This document shows, piece by piece, positions 50,968 through 59,396 of a stretch of DNA of 64,000 nucleotides (positions within the stretch are counted from its first letter, which is position 1; each line of letters starts with the position of its first letter). The stretch comes from Verrucomicrobiaceae bacterium (GTDB taxonomy: Bacteria > Verrucomicrobiota > Verrucomicrobiia > Chthoniobacterales > Chthoniobacteraceae), in assembly GCA_043755735.1 (NCBI GenBank), contig JAYUSJ010000004.1, positions 4,311 to 68,310 on the forward strand, read 5' to 3'. The notes under the pieces were generated by a model. That model worked only from the letters and a program-made list of their open reading frames with translations, did no database searches and was not told the DNA's origin. The translations under genes and the position numbers were made by a program.

Positions 50968-51034
50968 TCTCCACCTTAGGGTGGTGTTTGGTGAGAACGG
51001 CCCGTTGCGTGATGCAGCGGGCCGTTCTTTTTTC
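50968..51034 (+). repeat. Dispersed ~65-nt two-hairpin element, copy C; probable intrinsic terminator of the AlgE-like porin gene
   Basis: Hairpin 1 is CCACC-ttag-GGTGG. Hairpin 2 is AGAACGGCCCGTTGC (50994-51008) / GCAGCGGGCCGTTCT (51014-51028), followed by TTTTTT. It is nearly identical to copy B, including the preceding AGCTTCTAAACA. Confidence 0.65.
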
Positions 51035-51055
51035 CCCGCGAAGGAGGCCGTCCGC

Positions 51056-53221
51056 TCAAAACGCAAACTTCGCCCCGAGGATGAAGTTGCGGCCGGGCTC
51101 GTTGATGCCGCTGCCGTGGATTCGGTAGTCCTCGTCGGTGAGGTTCTCGCAGGCGGCGAAGATGTTCACATGCTCGCTGGGCTTCCATCCGGCGCGGAGG
51201 TGATAGACGGCGTAGCCGTGCGTGCCGCCGGGCGGGATGCGCTGCGTGTCGCCCATGTCGCCGGGCGAGAGGCGGTCTTGATGCCGCGCGAGGATGGCGC
51301 TGCCTTCCGCCCACCACCGCGCATCTTCGCTCTCCCAGCGCAGGCCCAGTTGCGCGGTGAGCGGGTGGATGCGGGAGACGGGATAGACGCCGACTGCACC
51401 GTTGTTGAACTGCCCCACTTCGCCCTCGCTCCATGCGAAGTTCCCGGAGGCCACCCAGCCTTTGGCGAAGTTCCACGATGCGCCGAGCTCCACGCCCTGG
51501 ATGTAGCCGTCGCCGCTGTTCACGCGCTGCACTTCGGGGTCGCCGTTCACGACGTTGCCGGTGGGGAAGCGGATGATTTGGTCGTCGATCCAAGTGCGGT
51601 AATAGGCGGCGTAAACGTCGAGCTGGCTGGCGATGTTCGCTTTCGTGCCGAACTCAAACGCGAGATATTGCTCGGGGTCGAGATTGCGCGTGGGCGTCTC
51701 GAGTTCGCCGCTGCGGGCGATGTCGAACGAAGTGAAGTCGTTCACATTTGGCGCGCGGAAGCCCTGCGAGAGTCCGGAGAAGACGTTCCACTTTTCCGAG
51801 AGGTCGTATTTCCCGCGCAGTGAGAATGTCACGGCGCTCATGTCCTCGGTGAACGTTTCGAGTACGAGCGCGTCGGCGGGGTCGGGATCGATCACGCCGG
51901 CGTCCATGTGGGCATAGGTCCAGCGCACGCCGGGCGTGAGGGTGAAGCGGCTGCCGAGCTTGATCTCGTCCTGCAAATACACACCGAGCAGGTCGTAGCC
52001 CGCATCGTCGGCGACGGGGCCGCGGGGCTTGATGTTGCGCAAGGAACCATCGGGGTTCCAGCGACTGCCCCATGATTGGATTTCGTCGTGGTAGTACTCC
52101 ACGCCGTAGGTGAGCTTGCCGATCGGCGACGGGCTTTCGAGGTTCACGCTGAAGCCGTATTGGTCGTCCTGAAAGCCGTCGATGTCGCGGCGTCCGCCGT
52201 CGCGGATGCGGTCCTGCTGCTCGGTCTGGCGCTGGAAGGATAACGTGAACGTCGCCTTGCTCAGCCACGGCGCGATGTCGCGCGATTCGAGCTTCGCGTA
52301 GGCGAGGTCGCGGGTCTGGTCGAAGTCGCGGCGCAGGTCCGTGCCGGTGGCAGTGCCGTCGAAGCTCTGGCTGAAAATCGTGGAGTGCCAGCGCGGGGCA
52401 TTGTTTTGCTCGAAGTGGTAAAGCGCGACGGTCAAATCGGTGCTATCGCTGAGCTTCCAGAGCATCTTCAAATCACCGTCGATCTCGTCGTAGCCGCTGT
52501 TGCGCTGGCGGCCCGTCACGTTACCGCCGCGCAGGTCGCCGTAGCTCTTGAGCGAGAGCCCGCCGATGATTCCGAAGTTTGGCGAGAGGCCGAGCGAGAG
52601 TTCGCCGCGCGCGGTGTGGCTGTCTTCGGCGCTGGCGTAGCGGTACTCGGTGCTGCCGTGGATCTCGGTCCCGCCGGCTGCCTGGGTGATGGTCCCTTTT
52701 CCTTCGCGGACGGTCGTCGCGCGTGCGGGAAGACGCGGGTTTTTAGTAATGGCGTTCACCGTTCCGCCGATGGCGTCGCTGCCGTAGAGGACGGACGACG
52801 GCCCTTTCACCACGTCGATCCGGTCGATGGTGTAAGGGTCGATCGTGCTCCAGTATTGGTTCGGGCCTTCGCGAAAGACCGCGTTGTTCAGCCGGATGCC
52901 GTCGATGAGCGCGAGCGTGCGGAAGCCGGTAAACCCACGGATGAACGGCGAGGCCTGGCCGTTTCCCGTGCGCTGGAGCATCACGCCCGGCGTCGTGCTC
53001 AGCGCATCTGCAAACGTCCGCACCGAGCGCCGGTCACGGAAGTCCGCGCTATCCACGACATGCGCGGTGAAGGGTGCATCGAGCACGGTGCTCTCCGAGC
53101 GCGTCGCGGTGATCACGACTTCGTCGAGAATGCTGTAGTTCATCGAATCCGCAGGCGTCGCGGCGTGTGCGAGGACGGCGGAGCAGGCAAAAACGAGTTG
53201 GAGTTTGGTTTGAATGGTCAT
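51056..53221 (-). CDS. TonB-dependent outer-membrane receptor
   Basis: The signal peptide is MTIQTKLQLVFACSAVLAHA. The TonB-box/plug region is LDEVVITATRSES..GFTGFRTLALIDGIRLN. A 22-strand-sized barrel follows, and the C-terminus is GAKFAF. The start was set at the ATG at 53221. Confidence 0.9.
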   Translation of the reverse strand: MTIQTKLQLVFACSAVLAHAATPADSMNYSILDEVVITATRSESTVLDAPFTAHVVDSADFRDRRSVRTFADALSTTPGVMLQRTGNGQASPFIRGFTGFRTLALIDGIRLNNAVFREGPNQYWSTIDPYTIDRIDVVKGPSSVLYGSDAIGGTVNAITKNPRLPARATTVREGKGTITQAAGGTEIHGSTEYRYASAEDSHTARGELSLGLSPNFGIIGGLSLKSYGDLRGGNVTGRQRNSGYDEIDGDLKMLWKLSDSTDLTVALYHFEQNNAPRWHSTIFSQSFDGTATGTDLRRDFDQTRDLAYAKLESRDIAPWLSKATFTLSFQRQTEQQDRIRDGGRRDIDGFQDDQYGFSVNLESPSPIGKLTYGVEYYHDEIQSWGSRWNPDGSLRNIKPRGPVADDAGYDLLGVYLQDEIKLGSRFTLTPGVRWTYAHMDAGVIDPDPADALVLETFTEDMSAVTFSLRGKYDLSEKWNVFSGLSQGFRAPNVNDFTSFDIARSGELETPTRNLDPEQYLAFEFGTKANIASQLDVYAAYYRTWIDDQIIRFPTGNVVNGDPEVQRVNSGDGYIQGVELGASWNFAKGWVASGNFAWSEGEVGQFNNGAVGVYPVSRIHPLTAQLGLRWESEDARWWAEGSAILARHQDRLSPGDMGDTQRIPPGGTHGYAVYHLRAGWKPSEHVNIFAACENLTDEDYRIHGSGINEPGRNFILGAKFAF

Positions 53222-53653
53222 ACGTTGTTGGTGAAGTAAAAGCGCATATTGGTCGCGCGGGCAGGCCCCATAGCGGGCGGTGTACCAGGCGGAGGAAAAA
53301 GTCCCGCCGCTTCTGTAAATGCGGCTGTTGCGGCGTGAATCACGGGCATTCTTCCCGGAGGAATGAATCGCTTTTATCCACCGCTCATCCACTGATGGAT
53401 ATATCTCGTCCATACGATCGCTGGGCTACTCTACCTGACAGCGTTGCATGTACCGAATCCTGCACATGCGTCCACAGCCTCGCCGATCCACTCATCCACA
53501 TCCGTGCGCGATTCCTCCTCCGCCGCCGTGGGCGAAACTGCCCGCCCCCGAAGCGGAGGCAGTGATGGGCTGATTGGCACCTTTACTTAACGCTCTCTCC
53601 AAACAGCCGCCGCCCGAGCACGCCCCAAGCGCTGTCTTTTGGTTCAGCGAGAG

Positions 53654-54045
53654 TCACTTGTCGGGCGAGCTGAACTTCGCGATTGCGGCATAGATGGCGA
53701 CTTCTTCGTGCGGGACGGATTCCAGAGCGAGAATGTCTGCGAGAGCGATGAGCCAATCGGGCGTCGGCCGGGAGAAAGTGGGAACGTCCCAAATCCGCGC
53801 CGAATTCCCCTCCGAGACGCTGAGCAGGCGCTTACCGGATGGGTGGAAGCTCACACTGCTCACGCTGCCTTCGTGATGCAGCGGTTCCGAAATGAGGAGG
53901 CCAGTCGCGGCGTACCATACCCGCGCCCGCCTCGACTATCTCACGGTGGCTACCGAACACTACCGCGCCCAATTCCTTCTCCGTCGCGCTGTCGGTGAGT
54001 CCGTCCGCACGCTGAAAGCCGAGCAGTAGCCGAAACGGTTGCGCG
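53654..54045 (-). pseudogene. WD40-repeat gene remnant (frameshifted or interrupted) immediately downstream of the kinase gene
   Basis: One frame (open 53654..53935) reads ARVWYAATGLLISEPLHHEGSVSSVSFHPSGKRLLSVSEGNSARIWDV, which is WD40 units. The adjacent upstream frame reads ..AVVFGSHREIVEAGAG.., which would join it as a preceding unit. A TAG at 53936-53938 and a frame change separate them. Confidence 0.4.
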
Positions 54046-57000
54046 TCAGTTCCCATCCTGTTCACGCCAGAATTCCTCGGCGGTTTGTGCGGGCTCATAT
54101 TTCCTTTGATTTCCAGTGGCTGAGATTCGCTCGATAGCCGGATTCTTTCGAAGAGCGGCGACGTTTACCGCATCCTTTGGGATGATGAGGTTGCGAAGCG
54201 TGGACATTCCGGCGAGGGGAGTCAGGTCGGTGACTCCGGAGCCGCGCAGGTCGAGCGCATTGATTTTTGAGTCGGCGAGGACGGAGAGATCACGAAACGC
54301 AGGGTCGCGGATCACGAGAACGGCGATGCCGCTGCTGAGTTGGGCGATGGTGAAATCGAGCCCCTTCAGTTTGGGGAGCCATGTGAAACTGTCCCATTCG
54401 GCCCAGAATTCGGCAGCGGTGCGGGAGGGCCTGTAGGTCTTGGAGTCGAATGTGAAGGAGAGGTATCGCAACCGGGGAAGGGCGCGGAGTTTTTCGACGG
54501 AGGAGGGATGTTCGGGGAGGATTAGCTCCTCCAGCGTTTCCAGGTTGGCGAGGGGCGCGAAGTCCACGGGGGCCTTGCTTTTATCCATGTAGAGGGCGCG
54601 GAGGGGGAGGCTCGCGAGGGGGGTGAGGTCTGTGATGTCGGTGTTGGACATCCAGAGATCTTCGACCTTGGTTCCTTTGAGGGGGGAGAGGTCCGTGACT
54701 TTGGTGTTGGCGATGCGAAGGGTTTTGACGGGGATGGTGATGAGAGGGCTGAGGTCGGAGATTTCGCTGCACGAACTGACGTCGAGGAGGCCGATGTTGC
54801 CGCCTTTGAAAACGGCGAGGTCCGGGAGCGGCTGGCTGTGAGTCATGACGGACCATGTGCCGTCGGGTCGTTTGCCGATGTTGGCCTTGATGCCCATTTT
54901 TCGCAGCGCGCGCTGCCAGCTTGTGTCGGCATCCCACGCAGCCCAAAATGCACCGGTCGATTTCGCTGCTGCCGGGACTTCGCCTTCCGGGAGCTGACTG
55001 CTGAGTCGTTGAAGCGCGGGGTGGTTGCGCAAGCCTTCGATTGCGTCGAGCTCGGACTCCGGGAGCGAAGCGAGGCCTTCCGGCAAGGCGAGCTCTTTGA
55101 GGGTTTTCACCTCGGACAGGGCGGCGAAATTGGTCACGTTTCGGGCTTTGGTGAGCACGAGTGTTTCGAGCGGAATGGCGCGAAGAAATGAGAGATCGCC
55201 GACCGTGGTGCCCTGGAGCCAGAGCTGGCGGAGCGGAACTTTTGCGAGTGGCGAGAAATCGGTGATGTTCGTGTAGGAGCAATCGAGCAACTTGAGCGGC
55301 AGTTCCGCGAGGGGGGCTAACGACCCCACGCCACGCGCGTTCCCCAGCACGAGATGCTCGAGCGGAAGACCACGGAGTGGCGTGAGGTCGCGAACCTCGC
55401 CATGCACCAGCCAAAGCAAGCGCAGAGGCAGTGTGGCGAGGGGACCGAGGTCGGACGCCGGGGTATGGTTCAAATTGAGAGAGTAAAGTGCCCGCGTGGT
55501 GGCGAGCGGGGAAAGGTCGCTGACGGACGTGTGTTCGAGATTGAGGACGCGAAGCGGGGCGTCGCGCAGGGCTTCGATGTCGCGCACGTAATTGCAGCCG
55601 GATAGGTTCAGTTCGCCGAGCGGCATACCTTGGAGCGGACTCAGGTCCGCAATACCGGTGTCCCGCAAGTCGAGCGAAAGAAAGCCGTCGGAGCGCGCCT
55701 CGATTCGTGCGTCGATCGATTTTTCCGTCGGATTGGGCAGGCTACGGAGACGCTCCTGCCAATGGGCGAGCGCGAACTCGTTTTCACGCCCGAGACGACG
55801 GGCGAGCGGCATTGTTTCTGCCGCGGGACGTTTTTCGGCCGAGACAGCATTCAGAAGCTCCGCGAGTGTTTCGCGGGAGAGGCTGCCATCGGGCTGGACC
55901 GGCCGCGCAAGGAGCTTTTCACAAAGCGCGAGGTTATTGCGAGCACGGCGGTCATCCGGCGCGGCATCCAGTGCGGCTCGATAGTCGGCGGCGGCTTCGG
56001 TGAGCCGGCCTTGGGCCTGAAACAAGTCGGCGCGATAAAGACGGAACGAGGCGTTGCCGGGTTGCAAACGGATTGCGTAGTCGAGTTTATCGATTGCCGC
56101 GTTCCACGATTCCGTGGCTGCCAGTTCGCGTGCCATTGCGGCGAAGGCTGGTGCCGTCTGGCGCAGGTCGGAGAGGGCTTGATTTGCGCGACGGGCGTTT
56201 TCATTCGCCCGGACGGCCTGCCATACGCTTACTCCCGTACCCAGCACGAGAGCCATGGACACGATCGCCGCAGTGACGAACGCGCCTTTGTTGCGCATGA
56301 CAAGCCGCCTCGTGCGATATCCGATGGTCGGCGGGCGGGCCACGACTGGCTCTGAGCGCAGGTGCCGCTCGATGTCTTCCGCCATCGCGGTGGCGGAATC
56401 GTAGCGACGATTGCGGTCTTTTTCGATCGCGCGCATGACGATCCAGTCGAGGTCGCGCTTCAGGATGCCGACGAGGTGCGGCGCCTCGGTGTGCCGATGT
56501 CTGGCGACGGCTGCGAGGGCCTCCGGCGCGATGGTTCCCAAGGCTGTCGAGGGGCGTTGCGGTTCCTGCTCCCGGATAATTTTGCGGATACCTTCCACGC
56601 CGTTCTGCTCCATCTGTTCCCTTGTGAAGGGCGTGTGTCCGGTCAGCAGTTCATAAAGGAGGACGCCGAGACTGTACACATCGCTACGGGTGTCGATGTC
56701 GAGCGTGGTGGTCTCCGCCTGCTCGGGCGACATATAGAGCGGCGTTCCGATGATCTGGCCGATCTCGGTGTAGAGCGAGTGTTCGCCGATCCGCGATTGC
56801 GTCGCCTTGGCCACTCCGAAGTCGATAATCTTTGGCATCGGCACGCCGTCCACCATTCCCACAAGAATGTTCGAAGGCTTTAAATCCCGGTGGATGATTC
56901 CCTTTTGGTGCGCGTGATGCACTGCATGGCAAATGCGGACGAAGAGCTCCAGCCGCTCGGTCGTGGAAAGGTCGTGCTCGTCGCAGAATTCGGTGAGCTT

Positions 57001-57513
57001 TGTTCCTCGCACCAGTTCCATGACGAAATACGGACGTCCAGAGGGCGTCACCCCGGCGTCGAAGACCCGTGCGATATTGGGATGATCCATCACCGCGAGG
57101 GCCTGCCGTTCCTGCTCAAATCGGGCGACGACCTCCTTGGTATCCATGCCGAGCTTCACGATTTTCAGCGCAACCCGGCGGCGCACAGGATGCGATTGCT
57201 CGACCATCCACACGACTCCAAATCCGCCATGACCAATCTCTTGCAGAAGACGGTAAGGCCCGATGTTATCGCCTATGTCCTCTGGGACCAGTCGGGCGAT
57301 ACGCGCCTGAATCGAAGGCGAGACGTCTTCCTCCATGAAGCCGTCGGATTCGTGCGACGCGAGGAGCCGCTCCACGCGCTGCTTCAAAGTCGGGTGACCG
57401 TCACACGCAGAATTCACATACGCAGCTCGCTCCTTTGAAGACATTGCTGCGGCAACCAGGAAGATTTCTTCCTCCGAGATCGAATTTTTGTCGGGCATAG
57501 CGCCGGCTTTCAT
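54046..57513 (-). CDS. Receptor-type Ser/Thr protein kinase: cytoplasmic kinase - TM - TPR - two leucine-rich-repeat blocks
   Basis: Hanks motifs are VALKIVK, HRDLKPSNIL, DFGVAKA and LYMSPEQ. The single TM segment is AFVTAAIVSMALVLGTGVSVW. TPR units follow (AIRLQPGNASF..AAADYRAALDAAPDD). About 20 LRR units of ~22 aa are present (L.L..T.V.DLSPL..LPL..L). Confidence 0.88.
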   Translation of the reverse strand: MKAGAMPDKNSISEEEIFLVAAAMSSKERAAYVNSACDGHPTLKQRVERLLASHESDGFMEEDVSPSIQARIARLVPEDIGDNIGPYRLLQEIGHGGFGVVWMVEQSHPVRRRVALKIVKLGMDTKEVVARFEQERQALAVMDHPNIARVFDAGVTPSGRPYFVMELVRGTKLTEFCDEHDLSTTERLELFVRICHAVHHAHQKGIIHRDLKPSNILVGMVDGVPMPKIIDFGVAKATQSRIGEHSLYTEIGQIIGTPLYMSPEQAETTTLDIDTRSDVYSLGVLLYELLTGHTPFTREQMEQNGVEGIRKIIREQEPQRPSTALGTIAPEALAAVARHRHTEAPHLVGILKRDLDWIVMRAIEKDRNRRYDSATAMAEDIERHLRSEPVVARPPTIGYRTRRLVMRNKGAFVTAAIVSMALVLGTGVSVWQAVRANENARRANQALSDLRQTAPAFAAMARELAATESWNAAIDKLDYAIRLQPGNASFRLYRADLFQAQGRLTEAAADYRAALDAAPDDRRARNNLALCEKLLARPVQPDGSLSRETLAELLNAVSAEKRPAAETMPLARRLGRENEFALAHWQERLRSLPNPTEKSIDARIEARSDGFLSLDLRDTGIADLSPLQGMPLGELNLSGCNYVRDIEALRDAPLRVLNLEHTSVSDLSPLATTRALYSLNLNHTPASDLGPLATLPLRLLWLVHGEVRDLTPLRGLPLEHLVLGNARGVGSLAPLAELPLKLLDCSYTNITDFSPLAKVPLRQLWLQGTTVGDLSFLRAIPLETLVLTKARNVTNFAALSEVKTLKELALPEGLASLPESELDAIEGLRNHPALQRLSSQLPEGEVPAAAKSTGAFWAAWDADTSWQRALRKMGIKANIGKRPDGTWSVMTHSQPLPDLAVFKGGNIGLLDVSSCSEISDLSPLITIPVKTLRIANTKVTDLSPLKGTKVEDLWMSNTDITDLTPLASLPLRALYMDKSKAPVDFAPLANLETLEELILPEHPSSVEKLRALPRLRYLSFTFDSKTYRPSRTAAEFWAEWDSFTWLPKLKGLDFTIAQLSSGIAVLVIRDPAFRDLSVLADSKINALDLRGSGVTDLTPLAGMSTLRNLIIPKDAVNVAALRKNPAIERISATGNQRKYEPAQTAEEFWREQDGN

Positions 57514-57572
57514 ACCTACACATGCGTAAAAATCCGAGAAAACCTATCACCCGCGGGCAATTTTTTTAAAAA

Positions 57573-58136
57573 TTAATTGCGCGAGGCCGTGATTTCCAGG
57601 TGGAGCCAGGCCCGCGCATACGCCCAATCCCGGTGCGCGGTAGGAACGGAAATCCCCAGCAGTGGTGCCAGTTCCTCAAACGTCAGCCCCGCAAAATACC
57701 GCATTTTGACGACTTCCGCCTTCCTCGCATCGACCTCCGAGAGCCGGTCGAGCGCATCATTGACTGCGAGAAGCTCGTCGTCCGTCCCGGATGGGGCCAG
57801 AATTTCCACACTATCCACGTCCACATGCTCGGAGTCGCCGGCGCGCCTCGAAGCCGCGCGGCGTCTCGCACTATCCACGAGGATGCGCCGCATCGCCTGC
57901 GCGGCGGCACTGAAAAAATGTGCCCGGCATTCAAATTTGCCGCCTTCCTCCTCGCCCAGGCGAATCCAGGCTTCATGCACCAGCGATGTAGCTTGAAGGG
58001 TGTGGCCGGGCCGCTCGCCCTTCATCTTAAGTGCCGCCATCCTCCGCAACTCGTCGTAAACGAGCGGCAGCAAGTCGTCGCCGGCCCGGTCGTCGCCCGC
58101 GTTGATTGCGCTCAGAAGTTGCGTAATGTCTTGCAC
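57573..58136 (-). CDS. ECF-type RNA polymerase sigma factor (TIGR02999 / kinase-associated ECF group)
   Basis: The N-terminus is ITQLLSAINAGDDRAGDDLLPLVYDELRRMAALKM. Region 2 is TSLVHEAWIRL. Region 4 is RYFAGLTFEELAPLLGISVPTAHRDWAYARAWL. No anti-sigma gene is adjacent. Confidence 0.88.
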   Translation of the reverse strand: MQDITQLLSAINAGDDRAGDDLLPLVYDELRRMAALKMKGERPGHTLQATSLVHEAWIRLGEEEGGKFECRAHFFSAAAQAMRRILVDSARRRAASRRAGDSEHVDVDSVEILAPSGTDDELLAVNDALDRLSEVDARKAEVVKMRYFAGLTFEELAPLLGISVPTAHRDWAYARAWLHLEITASRN

Positions 58137-58175
58137 CTCGCAACGAGTAGCAAATACCTGCCCCCGAATGCCAAC

Positions 58176-59396
58176 CTATTGCGCGGATAATCTTTTCTCG
58201 TGGGCGGCCCCCCATTTGCCATTGGCAAAAGGAAGCACGATGAGATTGAGCGGTGCTGTTTTGTAATGCACGTTGATCTCCATCCCGCGCGACTGGAGCG
58301 CGGAGTAGTCATCCGCGCCGGCCCGCAGCACAAATGCATCCCGCGGAGTCGAATCCCGCACCGCAATATAGACGCTTTCCAACGGCTGCCCCGCCAGATC
58401 CGGCAGAGGCAAGTGCAGGGTGGCGGATTCCAATTGCCCGGCTCCCACCGCCCAGGGTTGCGGTGCGCCGCAGGGCGGTGGCGCGGCGGCGAGCGCCGAC
58501 GGGTGAATGATTCTCCAGTGGCAGTCCACGCCCGACCATGCCTCAAAATCCGCAAGCGAACGTCGCCATCCGAGTCCGTCTTCATCCGCGATGTGTGGAG
58601 CAGGGCCGAAGAGACGCGTCCATTTCGCCACGCTCTTGCGCTGCGCTTCCGTCCATGAACTGGCCGACCCTTCCGGGTGATCATTCCAGTGGCGGGGCGC
58701 TACTTCGCGCCCATATCGGTGCCATGCCGGGGCCTTCCGTGGATGATACACATCGAAGCCGTGGGTGAAGGCGCGGACACTCATGCTGACTTCCTCGCCT
58801 GTAAAGTAGAAATCCGGATCGTATGGAACACGCCTCACGAATTCACCGGGGGCGAAAATGAAGTGCCCCGAGACATAGTGCCCGCGCACCGGTGGCAGTG
58901 CCGGATCGCCCGCGATTTGGTGGGATTTAATGTGTAGCACGCCGTCATGGTCGAAGTGCGATGCGTGCAGAGCGCCTCCGGTATCATCCGCGCGCCATTC
59001 TGCTCCGTCCTTTTCTGCAAAGGGCGGTAGATAGCCGCTGAGCACCGGGAGCCCGGACGGACATCGCGCGAGCTCCGACTGCAGGACGGAGTCCCAACCC
59101 GGCGCAAAGCGATGGTGCGAGTCGAGTTGGAAATAAAACGCCTCGTCTTCGAAGCGCTTCTGAATTTGCGTACGCGCCCAACAAGTCCCGAGGCTGTCCT
59201 CGGGCTTGCAGTGGTCGTGAATGATCGTGACCCCGTGCGGAAACGCCGACTTGGGAAGGGACTCGGAGTCCTGCTCCAACAAAGCAATGACAAGGCGCTC
59301 CGGCTGCGCGGCATTCGCCACGAGATCTGCTATCGTCGCTGCTAGATCCCGGTCCCTGTAAGATGCGACCGAGACAAAAATCCGATTGCCCACCAA
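58176..59396 (-). CDS. GlcNAc-transferase family glycosyltransferase (Pfam PF11397 / CAZy GT60-like) with extra C-terminal domain
   Basis: Family patterns are IFVSVASYRDRDLAATI, ERLVIALLEQD, YFQLDSHHRF and FTGEEVSMSVRAFTHGFDVY. The ORF opens with TTG-GTG directly after an in-frame TAG. Confidence 0.7.
   Translation of the reverse strand: MVGNRIFVSVASYRDRDLAATIADLVANAAQPERLVIALLEQDSESLPKSAFPHGVTIIHDHCKPEDSLGTCWARTQIQKRFEDEAFYFQLDSHHRFAPGWDSVLQSELARCPSGLPVLSGYLPPFAEKDGAEWRADDTGGALHASHFDHDGVLHIKSHQIAGDPALPPVRGHYVSGHFIFAPGEFVRRVPYDPDFYFTGEEVSMSVRAFTHGFDVYHPRKAPAWHRYGREVAPRHWNDHPEGSASSWTEAQRKSVAKWTRLFGPAPHIADEDGLGWRRSLADFEAWSGVDCHWRIIHPSALAAAPPPCGAPQPWAVGAGQLESATLHLPLPDLAGQPLESVYIAVRDSTPRDAFVLRAGADDYSALQSRGMEINVHYKTAPLNLIVLPFANGKWGAAHEKRLSAQ

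Noticed and set aside
53222-53580. A possible riboswitch (cobalamin or TPP) in the ~360-nt leader of the TonB-dependent receptor.
   Set aside because: I read the minus-strand leader. A GGGAAG..GCAAC stretch is vaguely B12-like. However, I could not find the GCCACTG element, a B12 box or the TPP CTGAGA/ACCTGA elements. This is unsupported without a covariance-model search (cmsearch RF00174/RF00059 would settle it).
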